DNA of 63,215 bases from IMG/VR virus record IMGVR_UViG_3300028797_000117. One strand, written 5' to 3'. The stretch is from an uncultured virus (IMG/VR IMGVR_UViG_3300028797_000117) (Duplodnaviria; Heunggongvirae; Uroviricota; Caudoviricetes). The position numbers were made by a program, and so were the translations under genes. Shown here one piece after another: positions 1 through 7,120 of this stretch (the stretch's first letter is position 1; every line of letters begins with the position of its first letter). A model generated the notes under the pieces. The model was not told where the DNA came from. It ran no database searches and worked only from the letters and a program-made list of their open reading frames with translations.

Positions 1-44
1 ACTGGTTAACAGCCAGTTGCTCTACCGACTGAGCTAATTGAGCA
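1..44 (-). tRNA. tRNA-Asn(GTT), 3' part outside window
   Basis: Reverse complement TGCTCAATTAGCTCAGTCGGTAGAGCAACTGGCT-GTT-AACCAGT: D arm and anticodon arm; truncated by window edge. Confidence 0.9.
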
Positions 45-46
45 TA

Positions 47-122
47 TGGTGACGGGTACGGGATTTGAACCCGTAAATGCACGCGTGAAAGGCGTGTGTG
101 TTAACCGTTTCACCAACCCGCC
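47..122 (-). tRNA. tRNA-Glu(TTC)
   Basis: Cloverleaf, loop CT-TTC-AC, GGTTCAAATCC T arm, encoded CCA. Confidence 0.95.
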
Positions 123-141
123 ATATTTAATTTACATATAT

Positions 142-170
142 ATTATATAATTAATTATTTAAAAAATCAA
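142..170 (-). promoter_or_regulatory. sigma70/SigA-type promoter
   Basis: TTGATT-17 nt-TATAAT followed by ATATATGTAAA, a pattern repeated across the window. Confidence 0.7.
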
Positions 171-181
171 TTATAATCTAA

Positions 182-256
182 TGGTGTCCCTACTAGGAAT
201 CGAACCTAGATCGCAGACTTAGAAGGTCCGTGTTCTATCCATTGAACTACAGGGAC
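182..256 (-). tRNA. tRNA-Arg(TCT)
   Basis: Cloverleaf, loop CT-TCT-AA, CCA end. Confidence 0.95.
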
Positions 257-259
257 ATT

Positions 260-343
260 TGGTGCGGGATGTAGGACTTGAACCTACACGGATTGCTCCA
301 CCAGTTTCTAAGACTGGTGCGTCTACCATTCCGCCAATCCCGC
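260..343 (-). tRNA. tRNA-Leu(TAG)
   Basis: Class II cloverleaf with variable arm, CCAGT-CTTAGAA-ACTGG, CCA end. Confidence 0.95.
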
Positions 344-346
344 TTA

Positions 347-438
347 TGGCGCCCACTGGAGGATTCGAACCCCCGCGCCGCTCATCACGACCTTGCGGTT
401 TTCAAGACCGCCCCCTTCAGCCGCTTGGGTAAGTGGGC
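347..438 (-). tRNA. tRNA-Ser(TGA)
   Basis: Long variable arm, GCGGT-CTTGAAA-ACCGC, G73, CCA. Confidence 0.95.
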
Positions 439-561
439 ATAGGATCGGCGCCATTATTTCTATATTAAGGAAAGGAGCCTGAACCAAACCTTTGATACTA
501 GTATTTAAATATATATCTTCCCAAAACAAGTTGTACGGACTTATTTTGTTATTGTCTTATT

Positions 562-650
562 TGGTGGAGGTGGTGGGAGTCGAACCCACACGGGTTATTA
601 CACCCGAGGGATTTTAAGTCCCTTGCGTCTGCCTATTCCGCCACACCTCC
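562..650 (-). tRNA. tRNA-Leu(TAA)
   Basis: AGGGA-CTTAAAA-TCCCT, variable arm, CCA. Confidence 0.95.
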
Positions 651-654
651 ATAA

Positions 655-730
655 TGGTGGGCTGGGATGGGATCGAACCATCGACACCGGGATTTTCAGT
701 CCCGTGCTCTGCCAACTGAGCTACCAGCCC
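655..730 (-). tRNA. tRNA-Phe(GAA)
   Basis: CGGGA-CTGAAAA-TCCCG, CCA. Confidence 0.95.
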
Positions 731-735
731 ATATC

Positions 736-824
736 AAGGCGCATTATATTAAGGAATCGAACCTTATCTTTCTGTATTTGAAGCACAAAAATTTAACCAT
801 TTATTTATTTGCTGTGTACGCCTT
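736..824 (-). ncRNA. Y-RNA-like tRNA mimic with UCA anticodon arm (CACAGCAAA-family copy 1)
   Basis: AAGGCGTA/TGCGCCTT closing stem, CACAGCAAA motif, D-loop-like AATGGTTAA, TTGTG-CTTCAAA-TACAG arm, TAAGG-TTCGATT-CCTTA T arm; no canonical acceptor stem or CCA. Confidence 0.6.
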
Positions 825-1004
825 TATTTCTTTCTTTGCTAATCTATCTTTGCTTCTATTTTTATAAGTTCTATTTAGAAAACAATAGGGACAAGTACCA
901 TGATTTCTACAAGTTTTATCAACTGCTTTACAATATGGTTGCCCCTTAGTCCCGTATTCAACTCTATGTTCTTTGCTTGAAGCAATAGCTTTATGTAGAG
1001 CCAT
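801..1004 (-). CDS. small basic Cys/His protein (DKTCRNHGTCPYC)
   Basis: GGAGG RBS, 67 aa, TAA stop; last codons overlap the 5' end of the RNA at 736-824. Confidence 0.75.
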   Translation of the reverse strand: MALHKAIASSKEHRVEYGTKGQPYCKAVDKTCRNHGTCPYCFLNRTYKNRSKDRLAKKEIKAYTANK

Positions 1005-1018
1005 AAGCTCACCTCCTA

Positions 1019-1270
1019 TTATGAGGCTGCAGCTACTCTTTTCTCTACTTCTAATAATTTAGCTCTATGTCTACGACCACTACCTGCAGGATGTGCAGCA
1101 ACAAAAGCAGCTGCTGCTTCTTTTAATTCTTTTCCTCTAGGAGTTAAATATTTAGTAGCCATAGGATTTCTTTTTAATTTCTTATTAGTTTTACCTTTTT
1201 TATCTAAATTGTGTTGAGTAATGCTATATTGAGCTTCACCACTACCTGATTTTCCTTTTCTTCTTGCCAT
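1019..1270 (-). CDS. highly basic hypothetical protein
   Basis: AAAGGAAGG RBS before ATG 1270 (MARRKGK); promoter upstream. Confidence 0.75.
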   Translation of the reverse strand: MARRKGKSGSGEAQYSITQHNLDKKGKTNKKLKRNPMATKYLTPRGKELKEAAAAFVAAHPAGSGRRHRAKLLEVEKRVAAAS

Positions 1271-1303
1271 AACATTCAACCTTCCTTTCTTGTTTACATA
1301 TAT

Positions 1304-1332
1304 ATTATATTATAATTTATTATAAAAATCAA
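1304..1332 (-). promoter_or_regulatory. sigma70-type promoter
   Basis: TTGATT-17-TATAAT-ATATATGTAAA. Confidence 0.7.
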
Positions 1333-1411
1333 TAAAAATATGCGGCCGCCGATTATAAGAATCTTTGACCGCATTCAATATATATAAAACAGCTGCTGCT
1401 GTGTTATTGTC

Positions 1412-1507
1412 TGGCAGGGGTTGCAGGATTCGAACCCACACCCCGGGTTTTGGAGACCCGTCTCTATGGTTTTGAAGACCACTGTGCTACCGTTACACTA
1501 AACCCCT
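1412..1507 (-). tRNA. tRNA-Trp with two tandem anticodon arms (TCA then CCA); candidate opal-decoding tRNA
   Basis: AGGGGTT/AACCCCT acceptor, G73, CCA; D arm GTGT-AACGGTA-GCAC; arm 1 GTGGT-CTTCAAA-ACCAT; linker AGAGA; arm 2 CGGGT-CTCCAAA-ACCCG; T arm GTGGG-TTCGAAT-CCTGC. Confidence 0.9.
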
Positions 1508-1892
1508 ATTCAAACAAGTCAGTTTTATCGCTAAGCAAATATAAATCCCAATCCTTAAAAGCCATAAAATTACCATCTTCAGCAATCCACTCTTTGAATG
1601 TCATATAATCATTAAGTTCTATATAATCTCTAAAATCTATTTTAATATTATATTCTTTAATAAGATATTCATAATCCCTTTTAAAATAATCTAATAAAGA
1701 TTCTCCTTCTTCTGCGGGTTTTACAAAGAAACCTTTTTTCTCAGAAAGCTTATCCATTAAGTCAAAGAAAAATTCTTTCCAATTAGCATTTAATTCATAT
1801 AAATATTTTAAACTTAAATCATACTTATTAATAAGTAAAACACCTTTTTGTAATTCTTCATATTGATAATCATTTAATTTTTGAGATTTCAT
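1506..1892 (-). CDS. hypothetical protein
   Basis: AAGGAG RBS before ATG 1892 (MKSQKL); the longer track start overlaps tRNA-Trp(CCA). Confidence 0.75.
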   Translation of the reverse strand: MKSQKLNDYQYEELQKGVLLINKYDLSLKYLYELNANWKEFFFDLMDKLSEKKGFFVKPAEEGESLLDYFKRDYEYLIKEYNIKIDFRDYIELNDYMTFKEWIAEDGNFMAFKDWDLYLLSDKTDLFE

Positions 1893-1916
1893 TTTAACCG
1901 CTCCTTTTATTTTATT

Positions 1917-1991
1917 TGGCAGGGACACTAGGACTCGAACCCAGATAACTGGTTTTGGAGACCAGGGTCTTAGCCTTTAGACGATGTCCCT
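1917..1991 (-). tRNA. tRNA-Trp(CCA)
   Basis: CTGGT-CTCCAAA-ACCAG, A1-U72, G73, CCA. Confidence 0.95.
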
Positions 1992-2001
1992 ATTTAAAAA
2001 G

Positions 2002-2137
2002 AAGGCGAATATATTAAATAGATGTATATTTCTAGGCTCTATCTAATTTAATCTTCTTTCCTTCTATAAAAAGTATCATTTACTTTTTCCTAGCCTGACA
2101 CCCTAAACGGGCAACTATTTTTTGCTGTGTGAGCCTT
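2002..2137 (-). ncRNA. CACAGCAAA-family RNA copy 2
   Basis: AAGGCTCACACAGCAAA 5' end; AGGCTC can pair with GAGCCT (2034-2039); internal hairpins; own promoter at 2151-2179. 3' end uncertain. Confidence 0.5.
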
Positions 2138-2150
2138 TATTTATATTTAT

Positions 2151-2179
2151 ATTATAAAATAATTTTTATTATTATTCAA
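2151..2179 (-). promoter_or_regulatory. sigma70-type promoter directly upstream of RNA copy 2
   Basis: TTGAAT-17-TATAAT. Confidence 0.65.
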
Positions 2180-2180
2180 A

Positions 2181-2257
2181 TGGAGAGTAGAGGGGGATTT
2201 GAACCCTCGATCGCGGAGTTGCAGTCCGCTGCCTTGACCAAACTTGGCTACCTACTC
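2181..2257 (-). tRNA. tRNA-Cys(GCA)
   Basis: GCGGA-CTGCAAC-TCCGC, U73, CCA. Confidence 0.95.
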
Positions 2258-2258
2258 A

Positions 2259-2333
2259 TGGGGTGAAATAAGAGTTTCGATCTCCTGCCTCCAGGGCCAC
2301 AACCTAGCGTGCTCCCATTACACCAATCTCACC
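2259..2333 (-). tRNA. tRNA-His(GTG)
   Basis: G-1/C73, loop TT-GTG-GC, atypical T loop ATCGAAA. Confidence 0.9.
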
Positions 2334-2336
2334 ATA

Positions 2337-2427
2337 TGGCGCTTGGTACTAGATTCGAACTAGCGGACCGAGAACTCGATCGGCAGTTTAGCAAACTGCT
2401 GGTTTAAGCCATCTCACCCAACCAAGC
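2337..2427 (-). tRNA. tRNA-Ser(GCT)
   Basis: GCAGT-TTGCTAA-ACTGC, long variable arm, G73, CCA. Confidence 0.95.
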
Positions 2428-2430
2428 AAT

Positions 2431-2466
2431 AAAAAATAGAGATGTCTAGTTAATAAACATCTCTAT
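2431..2466 (-). terminator. intrinsic terminator after the protease gene
   Basis: ATAGAGATGT/ACATCTCTAT inverted repeat followed by a T run on the minus strand. Confidence 0.6.
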
Positions 2467-2473
2467 AAATATA

Positions 2474-3280
2474 TTATTTATGCAATAAATTTCCTATAAA
2501 ATTAATAATAGACATTATAAAATCTCTAATTATATAGGCAACGGGTTTTTTAATTAAATTAATTTCTTCTTCTGTTTGATTAAATTGAAGCATCCAAGCT
2601 TCTGTAATAGGGTATTCATAAGGTAATATAAATGTTCCTTTGTCCCCCCAATCTTCTCCTCAAGAATTTTGAATTAATAAACCGGTTTCATTTCAACCAT
2701 AACATACAAGCGCATGCCCTCCTCCAAATTCAAATTTAGGGATATAAGCAACATAATCTTCATTTAATTCAATATCTCCATTACCATTTACATCTATACA
2801 AATGATAACAGGCGTTTTATTTAAATAAAGAGCTTGTTTGATTTGTTGAATTCCTTTTAAATATGCATAAGCAGTAATTTTATGTTTTTCTGCTTTATTT
2901 TTATATTCTTCAAGATTTTCATCAACTATTTGTTTAGCTTCTTGCATTTCTACATTTTTATTTAAGTCTTTTGTTTCTAAATATCCTACTTTTCTTAAAG
3001 TTTTTAAGGCTTCACTTATATACATCCCTTCTCCTTGATAATAAGATAAAGGTCTATATCCATAAATTCATCCTGTAGAATAATCTATTGAATCATAAGC
3101 TTCTAATATTTCAGATAAACTATGAGCTACACAAGAACAAACTTGTTCTTGGTCTTTTATATGAGAATGTCATAATTCAAAAATATTTGGTAATTGGATA
3201 CTTGAACATATTTTTTTTGAAATTTTATAATTTCTTAAATCAAAAGGTGATTTTAATGCTCCTTTTCCTTTACTTTCCAT
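2474..3280 (-). CDS. papain-like (C1A) cysteine peptidase, TGA=Trp
   Basis: With TGA read as Trp: DLR..., QEQVCSCVAHS (oxyanion Gln, catalytic Cys), GGHALVCYGW (His), IQNSWGEDWG (Asn). Joins track ORFs 3170-3364 and 2693-3025. Confidence 0.9.
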
Positions 3281-3302
3281 AATCAACAACTCCTTAAATA
3301 AA

Positions 3303-3379
3303 TGGTGCGGGTAGAGAGACTCGAACTCCCGACCCCTTGCTTGTAAGGCAAGTGCTCTAACCAACTGAGCTAGACCCGC
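3303..3379 (-). tRNA. tRNA-Val(TAC)
   Basis: CTTGC-CTTACAA-GCAAG, CCA. Confidence 0.95.
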
Positions 3380-3384
3380 ATATA

Positions 3385-3460
3385 TGGTTGTCGGAGCAGG
3401 GTTCGAACCTACAAAATGCTAGAGTCAAAGTCTAGTGTGTTACCATTTCACCATCCGACA
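3385..3460 (-). tRNA. tRNA-Gln(TTG)
   Basis: CTAGA-CTTTGAC-TCTAG, U1-A72, CCA. Confidence 0.95.
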
Positions 3461-3544
3461 ATAGGTAGAATTGACAACAGCCAATTCTTAATGAGATTTG
3501 TGCGCGGCAGCCGGTTAATCTAAATACTAATCGCGTTATTGCCG

Positions 3545-3757
3545 CTAAATTTCTATACTGTTTAACCTTGTAATCCCATTCGCTTTTAACTCTCTTTTAG
3601 TAAGAGCTGCGGCAAGTTTTCTCATATTGGATAATTTTTTAAATCTTTTATACCAATATGAAGCACGAAGTTTTTTACCCTCAATATTTAAATGATAATA
3701 TTTCGAGTATGCCTCCTGTTCTTGCTTTAAAAGTTCTTGTTTTTCCATAAGTCTCAC
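3545..3757 (-). CDS. small basic hypothetical protein
   Basis: 70 aa ORF with TAG stop between tRNAs; start uncertain. Confidence 0.55.
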   Translation of the reverse strand: MRLMEKQELLKQEQEAYSKYYHLNIEGKKLRASYWYKRFKKLSNMRKLAAALTKRELKANGITRLNSIEI

Positions 3758-3840
3758 TTTCTTTGCACAACTATTGTGAAATTAGTCTAAATCAGTATCG
3801 CCACGAGAAGGCTTTCACATGATACCATATTCTTTTAAAA

Positions 3841-3917
3841 TGGTGGAGGATAAGGGATTCGAACCCTTGACCCTCTGCGTGCAGGGCAGATGCTCTAGCC
3901 AGCTGAGCTAATCCCCC
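3841..3917 (-). tRNA. tRNA-Ala(TGC)
   Basis: G3-U70 pair, TCTGC-CCTGCAC-GCAGA, CCA. Confidence 0.95.
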
Positions 3918-3924
3918 ATTTATA

Positions 3925-3998
3925 TGGTTGCTCTACTAAGAATTGAACTTAGAATCTGCGGATATGAGTCGCACGTTTTACCATTAAACTATAGAGCA
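3925..3998 (-). tRNA. tRNA with CAT anticodon (Met or Ile2)
   Basis: Loop CT-CAT-AT, U1-A72, lacks the initiator GGG/CCC anticodon stem; CCA. Confidence 0.85.
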
Positions 3999-4008
3999 AT
4001 ATATTATA

Positions 4009-4082
4009 TGGAGCAGGTGATGGGAATCGAACCCACGTGGTCAGCTTGGAAGGCTGAAGTTCTACCATTAAACTACACCTGC
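4009..4082 (-). tRNA. tRNA-Gly(TCC)
   Basis: TCAGC-CTTCCAA-GCTGA, U73, CCA. Confidence 0.95.
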
Positions 4083-4085
4083 ATA

Positions 4086-4237
4086 AGGTGACCACTGATA
4101 TCGGTCGAAGGTCCAGACCGTCGGAATTACACCGACTTCGCCATCAACTGAGTATAGGCTCCTTTTGGCTGAAGCTATTATATCTATAAATCATTTACTA
4201 ACTGCTCACCTATACCTATTTGCAGTATTCAACTTAT
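4086..4237 (-). ncRNA. putative structured RNA between tRNA-Thr and tRNA-Gly
   Basis: No credible ORF; GTATAGG/CCTATAC stem, GTCGG-TGTAATT-CCGAC hairpin, degenerate ATACTGCAAA motif. Confidence 0.35.
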
Positions 4238-4247
4238 TATATTCAAA

Positions 4248-4323
4248 TGGTGCCGTAGGTAAGAATCGAACTCACAACCTACTGATTACAAGTCAGTTGC
4301 TCTGCCAATTGAGCTACTACGGC
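4248..4323 (-). tRNA. tRNA-Thr(TGT)
   Basis: ACTGA-CTTGTAA-TCAGT, CCA. Confidence 0.95.
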
Positions 4324-4325
4324 AA

Positions 4326-4750
4326 TAGAGTGGTTTGTTTCTTTATAAGGAGAACAATCCGTAAGAACCTTAATGCGATCGCGCCGCCTTTTTGACAATT
4401 TGGTCAATAGGCAAATAAAAGTGGAGAACTTTCCTAATTTATATTGCGGTATTCAGCCTTCTCCATCCCTGGTCCCGCATGTTATAACATTGAGTTGTAG
4501 AGCCATACTCTCTACTCGGCTAAGTTTTTTTCTGCCTCTTATACTACTTAACTAGTGGGCTTCTTCAGGGTCACACTAGAAACCGAATGTTAATTCGTTA
4601 AAACCCCGATATATGTTAAGGTTATCATCTCTACAAGAGAGAAATCTTTATAATTGACTATCGGCGGCAGCCATTTACCTTCAATCAGCCTTGTGCACTT
4701 GGTCGTCTACCCCATCTACCGCTATTAACAGGGTCTATTGTTAAGTCAAT
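4326..4750 (-). ncRNA. putative large structured ncRNA (about 420 nt)
   Basis: GC-elevated, no credible ORF, multiple inverted repeats and a possible pseudoknot, inside the tRNA array. Confidence 0.45.
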
Positions 4751-4765
4751 TATTATTTTTATACC

Positions 4766-4875
4766 AAGACACTTTACTATTGCTTAACCTCTAAGCTATC
4801 TACGCTAAAATGGCGCGTGGAGCAGGATTCGAACCTGCGATCTATAGTTCCCTATAAGTTTGCTGTGCGTGTCTT
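4766..4875 (-). ncRNA. YrlA-like Y RNA with circularly permuted tRNA-like domain (CACAGCAAA-family copy 3)
   Basis: AAGACAC/GTGTCTT closing stem, GCACAGCAAA motif, then T arm GCAGG-TTCGAAT-CCTGC, 3' acceptor strand TCCACGC-GCCA, linker TTTTA, 5' acceptor strand GCGTAGA, D arm GCTT-AGAGGTT-AAGC. Confidence 0.75.
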
Positions 4876-4880
4876 ATATA

Positions 4881-5075
4881 CTATTCTTCTATATTTTCTT
4901 CTTCATCAATTACTTTTTTAACTTTGAATTTTACATCTGTAAAATCATTTTCATCTAAAATAATATCACATTTGTTATATGCTTGTTCTACTCTAGCTAA
5001 AGCATCTTCTTCACTATCTGCTTCAACCTCAACTCTTTTTTTCAAAGTTTCAATTACTGTTATATAATATTTCAT
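4881..5075 (-). CDS. DpnD/PcfM-like small protein
   Basis: KY.I.V.ETL.K.VEVEA.S.E.A...V...Y....I.L...DF pattern; AGGAG RBS. Confidence 0.7.
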   Translation of the reverse strand: MKYYITVIETLKKRVEVEADSEEDALARVEQAYNKCDIILDENDFTDVKFKVKKVIDEEENIEE

Positions 5076-5291
5076 AATTAACAACTCCTTTTTTATTTAC
5101 ATATATATTTTATAATATTTTTTATTAAAAATAAAGTAAATAAAATTAGTTTGGAGAAAGGGTAAATATACCCTCTCTCCCATAGAAAGAAGGCACATAT
5201 ATAGAAATATATATGTAAGATAAGTATTTTACTTATCTTAATATATTTTAAAATTCCCCTTATAAAATTAATCAAAAAATACCCTTTTTAT

Positions 5292-5366
5292 TGGCGCTTT
5301 TACTAGGATTTGAACCCAGATCATGTGGTTCGTAGCCACATATTCTATCCATTGAACTATAAAAGC
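5292..5366 (-). tRNA. tRNA-Arg(ACG)
   Basis: TGTGG-CTACGAA-CCACA, CCA. Confidence 0.95.
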
Positions 5367-5371
5367 ATATA

Positions 5372-5448
5372 TGGTAGAGGATCAGAGATTTGAACTCTGG
5401 ACCTTCCGCGTATCAGACGGACGCTCTGACCAACTGAGCTAATCCTCT
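5372..5448 (-). tRNA. tRNA-Ile(GAT)
   Basis: TCCGT-CTGATAC-GCGGA, CCA. Confidence 0.95.
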
Positions 5449-5454
5449 ATATTT

Positions 5455-5845
5455 AAGAACAGCGAGAACACCGACCCAAGAGCCTCAGGATAAATCCAAA
5501 GTATCCCAAATCGGCGCCCTCGCAATATATATACTCTAGGGAGCCTCCTATTTTCACTTTACAAATTGGTTTACTACATATTGAGGAATATTTTTCTAGT
5601 AGGAGCGACCTCTTTACTTATTTTTCCCTTTACAGGAGGAGTCCTCTCTGCAGTTCCGACTCATACCTCTAGCAATATTGTCCCGATAGACCATTAGCCA
5701 ATTCAACCCATTGTATATATTTTGGAAAGTTTCCTTAAAAAGACTTTGACAGGTTTACACCAAACTTACAAAGATAACCTAGCCCGATTAATTAATCTTG
5801 TAAATATTACTTTAAGATTAAAAAATCTTTTATTTTCATATTTAC
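5455..5845 (-). ncRNA. putative structured leader/ncRNA at the head of the tRNA array
   Basis: About 390 nt without a credible ORF, downstream of promoter 5852-5880; ends in a 20-bp hairpin (5462-5523) with 8 G-U pairs on the minus strand. Confidence 0.45.
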
Positions 5846-5851
5846 AAAAAT

Positions 5852-5880
5852 ATTATATTATATTTTTTATTTAATATCAA
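5852..5880 (-). promoter_or_regulatory. sigma70-type promoter
   Basis: TTGATA-17-TATAAT. Confidence 0.65.
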
Positions 5881-6782
5881 TGTTTCTTTTGAAAGAACGC
5901 TCATGCTTTACTTGGAGAACCATATCTATTTTTAATATATTTTAATCCCCATTTAATTTGAGTTTTATAATTAGTTTTTCAATCTGATCCAGCACTTGCC
6001 ATCTTACTACCTGGTAAAGCTTGCGGAATTCCATATGCTCCTGAATATTTATTTTTAGAATACGGATTTCATCCAGACTCTTTTTGCCATAATTTTACGA
6101 GACAATTAAAATCATATTCAGTCCAACCATATTTATTTATTACTAAATCATGAGCATAATCTTGATATATTTTTTTATTTCCTGATTTAGCTTTTTCAGT
6201 TGTAGTTTTTATTTTTGTTTTCTTTTTATTAGCTTCAGCTTTTTTTCTCGCAGCTTCCGCCAATGTTTTTTCATAAGCCTCTTTCTTTTGTTTAATTATA
6301 AGATTAATTTGTTTTTGTGGACTTTCTTTACCTACAATTAAAACTGAATTTTTTATTTTATAATCTTCTTTTGTGTATTTTTTAATTTCTTTTATAAAAT
6401 TTTCACTAAGTTGTTTATTTTTAAAAATATAATCTTTTTTATCTACTTTCACTATATAGAATTTTGCATAAAAAACATATTTGTTTATAATTGCTTTTTC
6501 AACAGTGCCATGTAAATCTACTCTATAATTATATTTTAACTCCACCTTATCTAACTGTTGAACTACCGGATTTAGTTCAAAATAAACATTTTCATACCCC
6601 TGTTCAGCAATCTCTTTCTTATGGACTTCCAATATATCATATTCGTAGTTTTGTAATATTATTTTTTCATCCTCGATATTAATCTGTTTTGGTTGAGAAA
6701 GTAATACAACGGCCCCAACAAAAATTACAAAAAATATATACAAAACTCAACTATACTTTAAAAATAAATCTTTTATATTCAT
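5871..6782 (-). CDS. membrane-anchored lytic transglycosylase-like (SLT/Apf C-terminal type) protein, TGA=Trp
   Basis: N-terminal TM segment; C-terminal CLVKLWQKESGWNPYSKN-SGAYGIPQALPGSKM...WGLKYIKNRYGSPSKAWAF-HWY, with several Trp encoded by TGA. Confidence 0.85.
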
Positions 6783-6787
6783 ATATA

Positions 6788-7120
6788 TTATAATCCAATT
6801 GCTCTTAATAAATCTTGAACATTTTGTTTTTCTTCAGCAGTTGGTTCAACTACTTTAGTTTCTGCGGCAGATACTTTATGAACAAATTCAATTTGACCAT
6901 TATCATTAACTCTAGTTGTATTTTCTCCAGGTAATAATTCATCATCTCCTGGATTAACATTTTCTTTTGCAGCTGTTAGAGCAACTTTAATTTGGATCTC
7001 TTCTCCATTCTCCATTATAGGTATTCTTATTTCTTTTCCATCATTATATGAAAATGCGCCTTCAAAACTATTCAATATTTTCTTCGCTACTTCTGCTTTC
7101 GCTATTTGACCTCTCGCCAT
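6788..7120 (-). CDS. hypothetical protein
   Basis: 110 aa ORF, purine-rich RBS, operonic. Confidence 0.8.
   Translation of the reverse strand: MARGQIAKAEVAKKILNSFEGAFSYNDGKEIRIPIMENGEEIQIKVALTAAKENVNPGDDELLPGENTTRVNDNGQIEFVHKVSAAETKVVEPTAEEKQNVQDLLRAIGL

Noticed and set aside
545..1412. AGACAATAAC segments just after tRNA-Leu(TAA) and the two-armed tRNA-Trp (the latter followed by ACAGCAG) as extra CACAGCAAA-family copies
   Set aside because: The motif is only partial and I found no convincing closing stem.
1444..1482. Canonical tRNA intron at position 37/38
   Set aside because: Loop-to-loop excision would pair GTGGT with ACCCG (only 3 bp), and no bulge-helix-bulge or group I core is present. 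Removal of a whole arm is not excluded.
1412..1507. tRNA-Sec (UCA anticodon with a long extra arm)
   Set aside because: It has a 7-bp acceptor and 4-bp D stem with Trp identity elements, the extra arm is a CCA anticodon arm, TGA codons align with Trp not Cys, and no sel genes are visible.
344..4555. Track ORFs 344-529, 667-867, 3088-3282, 4165-4395 and 4373-4555
   Set aside because: They overlap tRNAs or structured RNAs or lie antisense to real genes, and lack an RBS.
4326..4875. Two-piece (permuted) tmRNA
   Set aside because: The acceptor has G3-C70 and G73 rather than the Ala identity G3-U70/A73, a full D stem is present, and no tag reading frame was recognised.
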